From Bacilli bacterium (GTDB lineage Bacteria; Bacillota_I; Bacilli_A; RFN20; CAG-826), in the NCBI GenBank assembly GCA_045628045.1, contig JAZQOV010000002.1, positions 1 through 64,000 on the forward strand: DNA of 64,000 nt. Reading direction: 5' to 3'. Shown one piece after another: positions 9,906-21,798 of the stretch. Numbering within the stretch: the first letter of the stretch is position 1; every line of letters begins with the position of its first letter. Made by a program: the position numbers and the translations under genes. A model generated the notes under the pieces. The model was not told the origin of the DNA. It was given only the letters and a program-made list of their open reading frames with translations, and did not search any database.

Positions 9906-10780
9906 TATTCTCACTTTCAACTAGCACTGAGCTTGCTAAAAAGATTGCCAAGACTTCAAATATTGAACTCGGAAAGAGTGAAGTTACGAAGTTTTCTGAT
10001 GGCGAAATTATGGCAAGATGTTTAAGTGATGTTCAAGGCAAAATTTGTTATATTGTTCAATCCACAATTGCTCCTTCCGCAGAGACAATTTTTGAAGTCT
10101 TAATTTTTACAGATTCTCTTAAAAATGCTGGTGCAAAAGAGATTGTTTTAATTGCCCCTTATTATGGCTACTCAAGACAAGATAGAGTCGCAAGACCAGG
10201 AGAACCAATTACTGCAAAATTAGTGGCAAAAATGCTGGAAATCTCCGGGATTTCCCGCTTAATTTCCGCAGATTTACACACTCAACAAATACAAGGATTT
10301 TTCTCAATTCAAGTTGCAAATATTGAAACAAGTTCACTCTTCGGAAAGTATTTTGCAAAACGTTTTGATGAATTAAAAATTGACCACAAAAATGTTTGCG
10401 TTGTTTCACCTGATCATGGGTCTGCAAATAGAGGCAGAGATGTCTCTTCAGAATTAAATGGCGCATCACTTGCGGTTGTTGATAAAAGAAGACCTGCTCC
10501 AAATATGAGTGAAGTCATTAATGTTGTTGGTGATGTTAAAGACAAAACCTGTTTAATAGTTGATGACATTATTGATACGGGCGGAACAATAAATAATGCC
10601 GTTGAGGTTTTATTTGAAAAAGGCGCAAAAGAAGTTTTTGTCGCTGCAACTCATGCGATTATGTCTAAATATGAGTTAGATTCAAGAATTAAAGAATTTG
10701 TGACAACAGATTCTGTTGAAAAGAAAACTAAAGGAGCAAAAGTGTTATCTATTGCAGAATTAATTTCTGCAGCTCTTTAA
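9893..10780 (+). CDS. prs: Ribose-phosphate pyrophosphokinase
   Basis: FSDGE, PYYGYSRQDR, DLHT.QIQGFF, VSPDHG and VDDIIDTGGT motifs. Confidence 0.93.
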   Translation: MEKIIFSLSTSTELAKKIAKTSNIELGKSEVTKFSDGEIMARCLSDVQGKICYIVQSTIAPSAETIFEVLIFTDSLKNAGAKEIVLIAPYYGYSRQDRVARPGEPITAKLVAKMLEISGISRLISADLHTQQIQGFFSIQVANIETSSLFGKYFAKRFDELKIDHKNVCVVSPDHGSANRGRDVSSELNGASLAVVDKRRPAPNMSEVINVVGDVKDKTCLIVDDIIDTGGTINNAVEVLFEKGAKEVFVAATHAIMSKYELDSRIKEFVTTDSVEKKTKGAKVLSIAELISAAL

Positions 10781-10787
10781 TATATTA

Positions 10788-10822
10788 AAGTGTTGCCTTG
10801 ATAAACCACTTATAAAACAAGG
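10788..10822 (+). ncRNA. Candidate preQ1 class I riboswitch (H-type pseudoknot)
   Basis: P1 AAGTG/CACTT, loop TTGCCTTGATAAAC, A-rich tail ATAAAA, P2 CCTTG/CAAGG; directly upstream of queT. Confidence 0.6.
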
Positions 10823-12464
<1,642 letters not shown>

Positions 12465-12466
12465 TT

Positions 12467-13495
12467 ATGGATATTGAGTTATTTAATTACGATCTTCCAG
12501 AAGAGTTAATTGCTCAAACTCCTGCTAAAGTTAGAGATGAGTGTAGACTACTTTGTATTAATAAGAAAAACAATACTTATGAAGATAAAATCTTCAGAGA
12601 TATTATTGATTATCTAAAACCTGGCGATGTTATTGTCAGAAATAACACTAAGGTTATGCCTGCAAGAATTTTTGGAGTGAAAGAAGGAACAGGCGCAAAA
12701 GTCGAAATTCTTTTGCTAAAGCAAATTGAAGGCGATACTTGGGAATGTTTAGCAGGTAATGCGAAACCTATAAAGGTTGGCTCAGTTATTTCTTTTAGCG
12801 ATGGCAAATTAAAAGCAGAATGCCTTGAAGTAAAAGATGAAGGAATTCGTATCATGAATTTCAAATATCACGGTATTTTCCTTGAAATTATGAATGAAAT
12901 TGGCGCAATGCCTCTTCCTCCTTATATTAAGAAAAAATGTGAAGACAATTCACAATATCAAACAGTGTTTGCTAAAGTTTATGGATCTGCTGCAGCACCT
13001 ACTGCAGGTTTCCATTTCACCGAAGAATTAATTAAAAGATGTGAAGAAAAAGGCATTAATTTTTTAGATGTTACTTTAAATATTGGTTTAGGGACATTTA
13101 AACCAGTTAAAGAAAAAACATGTGAAGCTCACAAAATGCACGTTGAACATTATGAAATGTCTCAAGAGGTTGCAGATGAGCTTAACAAAGCTCGTAAAGA
13201 AGGCCGTAGAATTATTGCACTTGGCACAACCTCTACAAGAACTCTTGAATCCGTTATGAGAAAATATGGCGAATTCCGTGCAGATAAAGACGATACAGAC
13301 ATTTATATTATGCCTGGTTATAAATACCAAGCAATTGATGCTTTAATCACAAATTTCCATCTTCCAAAATCAACCCTAATTATGCTTGTCTCAGCATTCA
13401 TGGGAAGAGAGTGGACTTTGGAGTGCTACAAACACGCTGTTGAAGAAAAATATAGATTCTTCTCCTTTGGAGATGCAATGTTTATTCATGACTAA
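12467..13495 (+). CDS. queA: SAM:tRNA ribosyltransferase-isomerase
   Basis: LPEELIAQ.P, PLPPYI, AAPTAGFHF, TNFHLPKSTL and YRFFSFGDAM motifs. Confidence 0.97.
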   Translation: MDIELFNYDLPEELIAQTPAKVRDECRLLCINKKNNTYEDKIFRDIIDYLKPGDVIVRNNTKVMPARIFGVKEGTGAKVEILLLKQIEGDTWECLAGNAKPIKVGSVISFSDGKLKAECLEVKDEGIRIMNFKYHGIFLEIMNEIGAMPLPPYIKKKCEDNSQYQTVFAKVYGSAAAPTAGFHFTEELIKRCEEKGINFLDVTLNIGLGTFKPVKEKTCEAHKMHVEHYEMSQEVADELNKARKEGRRIIALGTTSTRTLESVMRKYGEFRADKDDTDIYIMPGYKYQAIDALITNFHLPKSTLIMLVSAFMGREWTLECYKHAVEEKYRFFSFGDAMFIHD

Positions 13496-14141
13496 CAAAA
13501 TTAATTACTACAAACAATCCGTCGAGGAAATAAATAAGTTGCCAAAAGGTAAAAAACCAACTCTTCTTTTGCATGCTTGTTGCGGTCCTTGTTCAACATT
13601 TCCTTTAACTTTTTTATGCCCTCATTTTGACGTCACAATTTTCTTTAATAACTCAAATATTTATCCTTCAGAAGAATATTACAGACGTCTTAATGAACTT
13701 AAGAAATTTCTTGAATTTTTCAAGAAAGACTATGGTTATGATGTAAAAATTATCGAAACAAAATACGACAATGATAAATACAATTTAGACTTAGAGAAAT
13801 ACGCTGATCAACCAGAAGGTACAACACGCTGTTTTATTTGCTATGAAAAACGAATGGATGAAGCCTTCAATTTTGCGAATGAAAATGGTTATGATTATTT
13901 CACTACAGTAATGACCATTTCACGTCAAAAAGATTCCCAAAAATTGAACGAAATTGGTGCAAAATTGCAGAAAAAATACGCAAAAACCATATATTTTCAC
14001 TCAGATTTTAAGAAAAATAAAGGTATCGATATTGCTCGTGAAATGCGCATTCATTATGACCTTTACCAGCAGCTCTACTGTGGATGTAAGTACACTTTTA
14101 GTAAAGGCCTTGCAAAACAAAAATTACTGGAAAATCAATAA
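13488..14141 (+). CDS. queH: Epoxyqueuosine reductase QueH (DUF208)
   Basis: LLLHACCGPCS, NSNIYP..EY..R, C.ICY..R and YQQLYCGC motifs; ATG at 13488. Confidence 0.92.
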   Translation: MTNKINYYKQSVEEINKLPKGKKPTLLLHACCGPCSTFPLTFLCPHFDVTIFFNNSNIYPSEEYYRRLNELKKFLEFFKKDYGYDVKIIETKYDNDKYNLDLEKYADQPEGTTRCFICYEKRMDEAFNFANENGYDYFTTVMTISRQKDSQKLNEIGAKLQKKYAKTIYFHSDFKKNKGIDIAREMRIHYDLYQQLYCGCKYTFSKGLAKQKLLENQ

Positions 14142-14191
14142 TTAGTGAATTAAAAATCTTAAATTTTATTTACTTTTTTATTTATACCATT

Positions 14192-14215
14192 TATAATTTG
14201 GTTAACCAACTTGGT
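14192..14215 (+). promoter_or_regulatory. TA promoter -10 with overlapping palindromic operator
   Basis: TATAAT at 14192-14197 followed by TTGGTTAACCAA palindrome (14198-14209) and ACCAACTTGGT. Confidence 0.55.
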
Positions 14216-14235
14216 CAAGTGCGAAAGGAGCAACT

Positions 14236-14478
14236 ATGGAAACCGCAAGTATTTACGAAGCAAAAACCCAATTAAGCAAGTACATTTCGATTATTGAAAA
14301 TAAAAAAGAAGAATCTGTAATTATTACAAAAAATGGTGTACCAGTAGCAGAGCTAATCCCTTTTAGAAATAGAAAAGAAAGAAGAATTGGAATCGCTAAA
14401 GGCCTCTGGAGAGATGTTAGCGAAGAAGAGTTCAATAATTTTGACATGCTCGCAATTATGCAAGGAGCTAAGGAATGA
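14236..14478 (+). CDS. Type II antitoxin, Phd/YefM family
   Basis: SIYEAKTQLSKYI...VIITKNGVPVAEL. Confidence 0.88.
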   Translation: METASIYEAKTQLSKYISIIENKKEESVIITKNGVPVAELIPFRNRKERRIGIAKGLWRDVSEEEFNNFDMLAIMQGAKE

Positions 14479-14876
14479 ATTTATTGTTAGATACACATAC
14501 GCTAATTTGGGCGCTTGAGGATAATCCAAAATTAACACTTCCTGCAAGAGAACTCATCACAGACATCCAAAATACTTTGTTTGTTTCTACAGCTTCCCTG
14601 TGGGAAATAGCGATTAAAAAATCTGCTAAAAAAGATTTTCCATATGATGCAGAAACCATTATTAGTCTTTGCTCTAGAATTGGAGTTAGGTTTTTAGCTA
14701 TCGGATTAGAGGAAATCAAAAATTTCAATAAATTAGAAGTAAAAGAAAACGAAATTGTTAATAATGATCCTTTCGATAAAATCTTAATTGCACAGGCAAA
14801 AGTTAATAAGATGTCATTGCTCACACATGACCATTTGATTGCAAAATATAACGAAGATTGCATCATTAAATTCTAA
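14475..14876 (+). CDS. vapC: Type II toxin, VapC PIN-domain RNase
   Basis: LLLDTH.LIW, S.ASLWEIAIK, DPFD..LIAQA and LLT.D; ATGA overlap with the antitoxin. Confidence 0.9.
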   Translation: MNLLLDTHTLIWALEDNPKLTLPARELITDIQNTLFVSTASLWEIAIKKSAKKDFPYDAETIISLCSRIGVRFLAIGLEEIKNFNKLEVKENEIVNNDPFDKILIAQAKVNKMSLLTHDHLIAKYNEDCIIKF

Positions 14877-14900
14877 AAATTCTCAATTTATTTTTGGCAG

Positions 14901-14929
14901 AAAAGCGGCACTTTAAAAGCCGTTTTTTT
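14901..14929 (+). terminator. Intrinsic terminator
   Basis: AAAAGCGGC...GCCGTTTTTTT. Confidence 0.7.
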
Positions 14930-15107
14930 GATAAATGAAATTGCAAATTTTTGTTAGAAAGAACAATTATAAAATAATTGCGTCAATGAAAATTTGGTGA
15001 AAAATTGATGCCAAAAATTTCAAAAATCACATAAAAAAATGATGAAAAATGAGGGGTTTTAACCCTATTTTCTTTACCTTTATTTTATTAATTTTATTAA
15101 ATTTTAC

Positions 15108-15136
15108 TTGCGCGATATTATATATAAGCGTATATT
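15108..15136 (+). promoter_or_regulatory. SigA-type promoter of the S10 operon
   Basis: TTGCGC-17 bp-TATATT. Confidence 0.6.
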
Positions 15137-15161
15137 ATTACACGTTAGCGTTTGCGTTGAT

Positions 15162-15230
15162 ATGCGAGGTTGCTGACACACCAACAGGCGTTGTCATGAG
15201 AGGGGTGTCAGGGAATTCGCATGGAGCAGT
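15162..15230 (+). promoter_or_regulatory. Structured rpsJ (S10) leader RNA
   Basis: ATGCGA/TCGCAT and CTGACAC/GTGTCAG stems around GAGGTTGCTGACACACC, as in Firmicutes rpsJ leaders. Confidence 0.7.
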
Positions 15231-15269
15231 TCGTTAAAAGCCTGAAAGATTATTGAAGGAGGAAAATTC

Positions 15270-15581
15270 ATGGCAAAAGTTAAAACCATTAGGGTTCGTT
15301 TGCAAGCCTATGATCACAAGATTCTCGACCTTGCTGTTGAGAAGATTATAGAAGCAGCGAAAAAGACTGGGGCTGGTGTTGTTGGTCCTATTCCACTCCC
15401 TACCGAGAAACAGGTTTACACCATCTTACGTGCTGTCCATAAGTACAAAGATGCTCGTGAACAGTTTGAAATCAGAACACACAAGAGATTGATCGATATC
15501 ACCAATCCAACAAAGGAAACAGTCGATACATTACGTAAACTCGACTTAGCCTCAGGTGTTGATATTGACATCAAACTATAA
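15270..15581 (+). CDS. rpsJ: 30S ribosomal protein S10
   Basis: [17 protein letters not shown] and RTHKRLIDI motifs. Confidence 0.98.
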   Translation: MAKVKTIRVRLQAYDHKILDLAVEKIIEAAKKTGAGVVGPIPLPTEKQVYTILRAVHKYKDAREQFEIRTHKRLIDITNPTKETVDTLRKLDLASGVDIDIKL

Positions 15582-15595
15582 GGAGGTAAGACAAG

Positions 15596-16561
15596 ATGAA
15601 ACAAATCATTGGTCGCAAAATGGGCATGACAGAAGTCTTCGCCAAAGACGGAACAATGTACGCAGTTACAGTTGTCGAAGTACTTCCTAATGTCGTTACA
15701 CAAGTAAAGACAGTTGAAAAGGATGGCTATGCAGCTCTCCAAGTCGGATTCGAAGAAAAGAAAGAATCCAAAGTTAACAAAGCTGAAAAAGGACACTTTG
15801 CAAAAGCTGGCGTTCCAGCAATGAAGGTCCTTGCAGAAGTTAAAGGCGATGAAATGGCTAACTACAAAGTTGGCGATAAAATCACCGCAGATATCTTCAA
15901 AGCAGGAGATATCGTTGATGTAGTCGGAACCTCAAAAGGTCATGGTTACACAGGCGCAATTAAACGCTGGAACATGACAATCGGTCCAAAAGGACACGGT
16001 CACTCATGGCACAGAACACAAGGTTCAATGGCCAACTTAGGTCTTATCCAACGTACAATTCCTGGCAAACACATGTCCGGACACATGGGTAACGAATCTG
16101 CAACAATCCTCAACCAATTAGTTGTCGAAACAAATGCAGAAAAGAATTACATCTTAGTTAAAGGCTCAGTTCCAGGCGCAAAGAAATCAATCGTTTTGAT
16201 TCGTAGTGCTGTCAGAACTCAACTTGGCAAGAAATCATCAGTTGGTGAACTTGTTGATGTTGAAAGAGACTTAAAGGCAGCTGAAGAAGCACGTATCGCA
16301 GCTGAAAAAGCCGCAGCAGAAGCTAAAGCCGCCGAAGAAGCAGCAAAGAAAGCAGCTGAAGAAGCCGCTAAGAAAGCTGCAGAAGAAGCAAAAGCCGCTG
16401 AAGAAGCAGCTAAGGCAGCAGCCGAAGCAGCTCCAGCAGAAGCTCCAGCCGTAGAAGCACCAGTTGCAGAAGCAGCTCCAGCAGAAGCTCCAGCAGAAGC
16501 AGCTCCAGCAGAAGCAGCTCCAGCAGTCGAAGAAGCTCAACCAGCTAAGGAAGGAGAATAA
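15596..16561 (+). CDS. rplC: 50S ribosomal protein L3 with ~114 aa Ala/Glu/Lys/Pro C-terminal extension
   Basis: GRKMGMT, DGYAALQVG, VDVVGTSKG and KGSVPG motifs; operon position. Confidence 0.97.
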   Translation: MKQIIGRKMGMTEVFAKDGTMYAVTVVEVLPNVVTQVKTVEKDGYAALQVGFEEKKESKVNKAEKGHFAKAGVPAMKVLAEVKGDEMANYKVGDKITADIFKAGDIVDVVGTSKGHGYTGAIKRWNMTIGPKGHGHSWHRTQGSMANLGLIQRTIPGKHMSGHMGNESATILNQLVVETNAEKNYILVKGSVPGAKKSIVLIRSAVRTQLGKKSSVGELVDVERDLKAAEEARIAAEKAAAEAKAAEEAAKKAAEEAAKKAAEEAKAAEEAAKAAAEAAPAEAPAVEAPVAEAAPAEAPAEAAPAEAAPAVEEAQPAKEGE

Positions 16562-16563
16562 TT

Positions 16564-17208
16564 ATGGCAGACAAGAAAATCTCATTAAAAGTTCTCTCAC
16601 TCGCAGGTGAAGAAGTCTCAACCGTTTCAGTATCAGGTTATGTCTTTGGTGAAAAGGAAGCTACACAAGCTCTCCACGATGCAGTCGTTGTTTATCAAGC
16701 AAATATGAGACAAGACACTGCAAAAACCAAAAAACGTGATGAAGTAAGCGGTGGTGGTAAAAAACCATGGAGACAAAAAGGCACAGGTCGTGCCCGTGCA
16801 GGTTCTACACGCTCCCCAATCTGGGTTGGTGGTGGAACAGTATTTGGCCCAACAGGTGTCCAAAACCACACAATTAAACAAAACCGCAAGGAACATAACT
16901 TAGCACTCCGCTCAGCATGGTCCTCAAAGGTTAAAGATCTTATTGTTGTTAACGAACTCAAAGTCGGTAAAAAGACAAAAGAATTCGTCAAGATTCTTAA
17001 AGATCTTAAAGCCACTGGCAAAGTTCTTGTTGTTACAAGATGTGATGCAGACAATGAAAACATCCTTATGTCAGCAGGCAACATCGCAAGTGTCGTTGTG
17101 ACATGTGCATGTAATGTATCCGTCTATGACCTCATATATTTTGACAAGATCGTCATGGAAAAGGCTACAGTCGAGTTAATCGACAAGAAATTAGGGGAGG
17201 CAAAATAG
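16564..17208 (+). CDS. rplD: 50S ribosomal protein L4
   Basis: GGGKKPWRQKGTGRARAGSTRSP. Confidence 0.98.
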   Translation: MADKKISLKVLSLAGEEVSTVSVSGYVFGEKEATQALHDAVVVYQANMRQDTAKTKKRDEVSGGGKKPWRQKGTGRARAGSTRSPIWVGGGTVFGPTGVQNHTIKQNRKEHNLALRSAWSSKVKDLIVVNELKVGKKTKEFVKILKDLKATGKVLVVTRCDADNENILMSAGNIASVVVTCACNVSVYDLIYFDKIVMEKATVELIDKKLGEAK

Positions 17209-17211
17209 TTT

Positions 17212-17535
17212 ATGGCAGACAAGAAAGTCGTAGCTAGCAAAGCTAGCGTCCATGATTTCGATGTAATTGTTGAACCAGTTATTACCGAAAAAACCATGTC
17301 CCTCATGCAAGAACAAAACAAGGTAACCGTTCGCGTAAGTGGCAAAGCTAATCGCGCAGACGTAAAGAAAGCCTTTGAAAAGGTATTTGGTGTAAAAGTT
17401 ACCCAAGTTAACATCGTTAACGTTCCTGCAAAAGAAACCACAAGAGGTGGCCGTTACAAAGGAACAATCTCTGGTTTCAAGAAAGCAGTCGTTACTGTCT
17501 CAGAAGGACAAGCAATCGACTTATTCAAAGAGTAG
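17212..17535 (+). CDS. rplW: 50S ribosomal protein L23
   Basis: PVITEK, FGVKV..VN and KKAVVT motifs. Confidence 0.97.
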   Translation: MADKKVVASKASVHDFDVIVEPVITEKTMSLMQEQNKVTVRVSGKANRADVKKAFEKVFGVKVTQVNIVNVPAKETTRGGRYKGTISGFKKAVVTVSEGQAIDLFKE

Positions 17536-17572
17536 TTTGAAATAGAACTTACACATTATAGGAGGAAAAAAT

Positions 17573-18406
17573 ATGTCAATTAGAACATATAGTCCAACAT
17601 CTGCATCTCGTAGATCCATGACTAATTTGACCTTTGACGAAATCACCAAATCAACTCCTGAAAAAAGCTTAACTGTTAAGCTTAGCAAGACTGGCGGACG
17701 TAATAACCAAGGCGTCATTACATGCCGTCATATCGGTGGTGGTCATAAGCGTCGTTATAGAGTCATTGATTTCAAGAGAAATAAAGACGGAATCGTTGGC
17801 ACAATCAAAGCGGTTGAATATGATCCAAACCGTAACGCAAATATCCTTCTCGTTGTCTACGCAGATGGCGAAAAGAGATACATTCTTGCCCCACAAGGCT
17901 TAAACGTTGGAGACAAAATCGTCTCTGGCGAAAATGTTGATATCAAAGTTGGAAATGCTCTTCCACTTATGAACATCCCAGAAGGTACATTCGTTCATAA
18001 CGTTGAGCTTAATCCAAAGAAAGGCGGACAAATGTGTCGTGCCGCAGGAACCAGTGCCCAAGTACTTGGTGCCGAAGGCAAATACGTCATCTTACGTCTT
18101 GCCTCTGGTGAAGTTCGTAAAGTTCTTAAAGAATGCCGCGCAACAATCGGTGTTGTCGGAAACGAAGACTTCATCCTTGTAAACAAAGGTAAAGCCGGAA
18201 AAACACGCTGGGCTGGTACAAGACCAACCGTACGTGGTTCCGTTATGAACCCTAACGATCACCCACACGGTGGTGGTGAAGGTAAGTGTCCTGTCGGACG
18301 TGATGCACCAAGAACCCCATGGGGTAAACGTGCTCTCGGTGTCAAGACAAGACGCATGAAACAACATTCTACAAAATTAATTATTCGTAGAATAAACGAC
18401 AAATAA
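17573..18406 (+). CDS. rplB: 50S ribosomal protein L2
   Basis: GGRNNQG, EYDPNR and [17 protein letters not shown] motifs. Confidence 0.99.
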   Translation: MSIRTYSPTSASRRSMTNLTFDEITKSTPEKSLTVKLSKTGGRNNQGVITCRHIGGGHKRRYRVIDFKRNKDGIVGTIKAVEYDPNRNANILLVVYADGEKRYILAPQGLNVGDKIVSGENVDIKVGNALPLMNIPEGTFVHNVELNPKKGGQMCRAAGTSAQVLGAEGKYVILRLASGEVRKVLKECRATIGVVGNEDFILVNKGKAGKTRWAGTRPTVRGSVMNPNDHPHGGGEGKCPVGRDAPRTPWGKRALGVKTRRMKQHSTKLIIRRINDK

Positions 18407-18424
18407 TGAAAGGAGAAATTGAAA

Positions 18425-18715
18425 ATGTCACGTAGTTTGAAAAAAGGCCCATTCGCAGATGCTTACTTACTCAAGAAAGTTGACGCTTTAAATGCAGCCA
18501 ATAAAAAAGAAGTCATTAAGACTTGGTCACGTCGTTCAACAATTTTCCCATCATTTGTCGAACACACATTCGCTGTCTATAATGGCCGCGAACACATTAC
18601 CGTTTATGTTACTGAAGACATGGTCGGACACAAACTCGGTGAGTTTGCACCAACCAGAACCTTCAAAGGACACCACGGTAACAATGCTGAAGATAAGGCA
18701 GCAGCTGCACAATAG
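18425..18715 (+). CDS. rpsS: 30S ribosomal protein S19
   Basis: [17 protein letters not shown] and [11 protein letters not shown] motifs. Confidence 0.98.
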   Translation: MSRSLKKGPFADAYLLKKVDALNAANKKEVIKTWSRRSTIFPSFVEHTFAVYNGREHITVYVTEDMVGHKLGEFAPTRTFKGHHGNNAEDKAAAAQ

Positions 18716-18726
18716 GAGGAGTTAAA

Positions 18727-19257
18727 ATGGCAGAAACAAAGAAAACAGTAACTGCAAAGAAGACAACTTCTACCGCAGCTAAAGCTCCTGCAAAGAAAGC
18801 TCCTGCTAAAGCAGCAGCTCCAAAAGCAGAAGAAAAGAAAGTCGAAGCTCCAGCAAAAGAAGTTAAAGCTGAAAAGGCAGTTAAAGCTTCTAAGAAAGAA
18901 GAAAAACCAGCCAAACCAGCAGTCACTTCTGCTAAAGCAGTCGCACACGACGTCCGCGTTACACCACGTAAAGCACGTCTTGTACTTGATGTTATTAGAG
19001 GAAAAGATGTTAACGTTGCACTTGGTTTATTAGCCAACATCAACAAAGCAGCTTCCCCAATCATCACAAAAGTTGTTAAGTCAGCAGCATCAAATGCAAT
19101 TAATAACTTCGGTATGCATGAAGAAAAACTCTACATTGCTGAATGTTATGCAGGAGATGGTGTTAAGATGAAACGTTTCCTTCCAAGAGCTAAAGGAAGT
19201 GCTTCAGGACTTGTTAAAAGAGCATCACACATCACAGTTGTGGTGAAAGAAAGATAA
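18727..19257 (+). CDS. rplV: 50S ribosomal protein L22 with ~66 aa Ala/Lys/Pro N-terminal extension
   Basis: VRVTPRKARLV, RFLPRAKG and SHITVVV motifs. Confidence 0.97.
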   Translation: MAETKKTVTAKKTTSTAAKAPAKKAPAKAAAPKAEEKKVEAPAKEVKAEKAVKASKKEEKPAKPAVTSAKAVAHDVRVTPRKARLVLDVIRGKDVNVALGLLANINKAASPIITKVVKSAASNAINNFGMHEEKLYIAECYAGDGVKMKRFLPRAKGSASGLVKRASHITVVVKER

Positions 19258-19271
19258 GGAGGAATTACCAA

Positions 19272-19946
19272 ATGGGTCAAAAAGTTAGTCCAGTAGGAAT
19301 GCGTGTTGGTATTAACCGCGATTGGCATTCTAGATGGTTCGCAAATAACCAAGACTTCCACAAATTCCTTCTCGAAGATGTCAAAGTCAGAAAATATCTT
19401 ACAAAAGAATTAAAAGAAGCTCTCGTCTCACATATTGAAATTGAAAGACGTAAAAACGATAAAGGATACGAAGTCGTTGTAATGATGTTCGTTGCAAGAC
19501 CAGGTGTCGTTATCGGACAAGACGGAGCCAACATTAACCGTCTTAAAACAGTCGTTGGCAAAATGCTCAAAGGTTCACAAGTTAGACTTGATGTCGTTGA
19601 AGTCAAAAATCCTGACTTAGACGCACAACTCGTTGCTCAATGGATTGCAACCGAACTTGAAAACCGTGCATCATTTAGATCTGCTCAAAAGAAAGCTATT
19701 CAACGCGTTCGTAAAGCAGGTGCTAAAGGATGTAAGACTTTAATCTCTGGCCGTCTTGGCGGTGCTGATATCGCACGTGGCGAAGGTTATAAAGAAGGAA
19801 CAATTGCTCTTTCAACTCTTCGTACTGATGTCGATTTCGCAAAAGCCGAAGCAGTCACAGCTTATGGTCGTTTAGGTGTCAAAGTTTGGATTTCTAAACC
19901 AGAACCAAAGAAAGCAGCAGCTGAAACCATGAAGGAGGCAAGATAA
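19272..19946 (+). CDS. rpsC: 30S ribosomal protein S3
   Basis: [28 protein letters not shown] and GVKVWI motifs. Confidence 0.98.
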   Translation: MGQKVSPVGMRVGINRDWHSRWFANNQDFHKFLLEDVKVRKYLTKELKEALVSHIEIERRKNDKGYEVVVMMFVARPGVVIGQDGANINRLKTVVGKMLKGSQVRLDVVEVKNPDLDAQLVAQWIATELENRASFRSAQKKAIQRVRKAGAKGCKTLISGRLGGADIARGEGYKEGTIALSTLRTDVDFAKAEAVTAYGRLGVKVWISKPEPKKAAAETMKEAR

Positions 19947-19947
19947 T

Positions 19948-20364
19948 ATGTTACAACCAAAACGTGTTAAATATCGTCGTCCACATGGTATTAAATATGA
20001 AGGCCTTTCAAAAGGTGGCAATGAAGTCGCATTTGGTGAATTTGGTCTTCAAGCAGTAACAGGCGCATGGATTACAGATAGACAAATCGAGGCAGCTCGT
20101 ATTGTCTTAAGCCGTTACACAAAGAAGGAAGGTAAAGTTTACATTCGTATCTTCCCACACTTAGCAAAAACTAAGAAACCAGCCGAAGTCCGTATGGGTT
20201 CCGGTAAAGGTAACCCAGAAAACTGGGTAGCAGTCGTCAAAACAAACAGAGTTATGTTTGAAATGGGCGGCGTGCCAGAAGCAGATGCTCGTGAAGCACT
20301 TCGTTTAGCAGCTTATAAGCTCCCAAATAAGTGCAGAGTCATCGCTAAAAAGGAGGGCAAATAA
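19948..20364 (+). CDS. rplP: 50S ribosomal protein L16
   Basis: [10 protein letters not shown] and [12 protein letters not shown] motifs. Confidence 0.99.
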   Translation: MLQPKRVKYRRPHGIKYEGLSKGGNEVAFGEFGLQAVTGAWITDRQIEAARIVLSRYTKKEGKVYIRIFPHLAKTKKPAEVRMGSGKGNPENWVAVVKTNRVMFEMGGVPEADAREALRLAAYKLPNKCRVIAKKEGK

Positions 20365-20366
20365 AC

Positions 20367-20564
20367 ATGAAAGTCGCAGAATTCCGCGAAATGAGTGCTC
20401 AAGAACTTAATGATAAGATCTATGCCCTCAAAGAAGAATTATTCAATCTCCGTCGTAGAAAAGCCGTTGGCCAACTCGAACACGGTGAAGAAGTAAGAAG
20501 AGTTCGTAAAGATATCGCAAGAGCTTATATGGTTCAACGCGAAAGAGAACTCGGTGTCAAATAA
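20367..20564 (+). CDS. rpmC: 50S ribosomal protein L29
   Basis: LKEELFNLR...GQLE...VRKDIAR. Confidence 0.96.
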   Translation: MKVAEFREMSAQELNDKIYALKEELFNLRRRKAVGQLEHGEEVRRVRKDIARAYMVQRERELGVK

Positions 20565-20577
20565 GGAGGATTAGACA

Positions 20578-21069
20578 ATGGAAAGAAATCGTAGAACATC
20601 ACTTCAAGGTGTTGTTGTCTCAGATAAGATGGCCAAGACAATTGTTGTCGAAGTCGAAACTCACAAAAGACACGCAAAATACGCAAAGCGCGTTAAATAT
20701 TCTTCTAAATATTACGCGCACGATGAAAAGGGCGAGGCACATGTTGGTGATGTAGTCACAATCATGGGTTGCCGTCCACTCTCAGCAACTAAGAGATTCC
20801 GCTTAGTTTCAATTGATAAGAAAGCTGTTGTCGCAGTTAAGGCTGCAGTCGAAGCTGAAAAAGCAATGGAAGCTCAAGTAGAAGAAGTTACTGAAAAAGC
20901 AAAAGTAGTCGAAGAAGCAAAAGTTGAAGCTCCAGTAGCTGAAGAAGCTCCAAAAGCAGAAGAAGTTAAAGAAGCTCCAGCAAAGAAAGCTCCTGCAAAG
21001 AAAACCGCAGCTAAAAAACCAGCTGCAAAGAAAGCTCCAGCCAAAAAGGCAGAAGCTAAAGCTGAATAA
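20578..21069 (+). CDS. rpsQ: 30S ribosomal protein S17 with ~80 aa Ala/Glu/Lys/Pro C-terminal extension
   Basis: [17 protein letters not shown] and RPLSATKRF motifs. Confidence 0.97.
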   Translation: MERNRRTSLQGVVVSDKMAKTIVVEVETHKRHAKYAKRVKYSSKYYAHDEKGEAHVGDVVTIMGCRPLSATKRFRLVSIDKKAVVAVKAAVEAEKAMEAQVEEVTEKAKVVEEAKVEAPVAEEAPKAEEVKEAPAKKAPAKKTAAKKPAAKKAPAKKAEAKAE

Positions 21070-21086
21070 TACGGAGGGTTATAAAG

Positions 21087-21461
21087 ATGATTCAAAGAGA
21101 AACTAACTTGGTCGTCGCTGATAACTCAGGCGCACGTTCAGTCAGAGTCTTCAATATTAAAGGAGGCTCATTCAGAAAATCTTGTAGCATTGGTGACGTT
21201 GTTACCTGTGCAGTTAAAGATGCCATTCCAAATGGCCGTGTAAAGAAATCAGACATTGTTAAGGGCATTATTGTTCGTACAAAACATGCTGTTAACAGAG
21301 CTGATGGTTCCCAAATTGCCTTTGATGACAACGCAGTTGTTATCATTGATAACGATGGAAACCCAGTCGGAACACGTGTCTTTGGTCCAGTGGCAAGAGA
21401 ACTTCGTGAAAAGGGCGAAGGTGCAATGAAAATTGTCTCCCTTGCTCCAGAAGTATTATAA
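21087..21461 (+). CDS. rplN: 50S ribosomal protein L14
   Basis: [14 protein letters not shown] and [13 protein letters not shown] motifs. Confidence 0.99.
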   Translation: MIQRETNLVVADNSGARSVRVFNIKGGSFRKSCSIGDVVTCAVKDAIPNGRVKKSDIVKGIIVRTKHAVNRADGSQIAFDDNAVVIIDNDGNPVGTRVFGPVARELREKGEGAMKIVSLAPEVL

Positions 21462-21475
21462 GGAGGACTTACATC

Positions 21476-21787
21476 ATGAAAATTGTAAAAGGTGATAAAG
21501 TCGTCGTTATCGCAGGCAAGGACAAAGGCAAAGAAGGTACTGTTCAAGCAGTTTACCCAAAAGTCAACAAAGTTGTCGTTGAAGGTGTTAACGTTCATAA
21601 GAAACATCACAAGCCAACTCAACAAAACCCAGAAGGTTCAATTGTTGATATGTATGTCCCAATCGACGCAAGCAATGTTGCTATCGTTGATCCAAAAACA
21701 CATAAGGCAAGCCGCGTTGGCTACAGCGTAGACAAAGACGGCAAGAAAGTCAGAGTCGCAAAAAAGAGTGGCTCAAAGCTTAACTAG
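21476..21787 (+). CDS. rplX: 50S ribosomal protein L24
   Basis: [20 protein letters not shown] motif. Confidence 0.98.
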   Translation: MKIVKGDKVVVIAGKDKGKEGTVQAVYPKVNKVVVEGVNVHKKHHKPTQQNPEGSIVDMYVPIDASNVAIVDPKTHKASRVGYSVDKDGKKVRVAKKSGSKLN

Positions 21788-21798
21788 GAGAAAAGAAA

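Noticed and set aside
9893-10780. Prs as a phage-type NAD-reconstitution (NARP1) enzyme
   Set aside because: No Nampt-like partner in the window and the motifs look like ordinary Prs
15049-15237. 62-aa hydrophobic ORF upstream of rpsJ
   Set aside because: Runs through the S10 promoter and structured leader; hydrophobicity reflects T-rich DNA; no RBS
16271-16540. Minus-strand ORF with striking CWSCF/CWSF repeats
   Set aside because: Antisense mirror of the GCA/GAA/GCT/CCA codon repeats in the L3 tail; no independent signals
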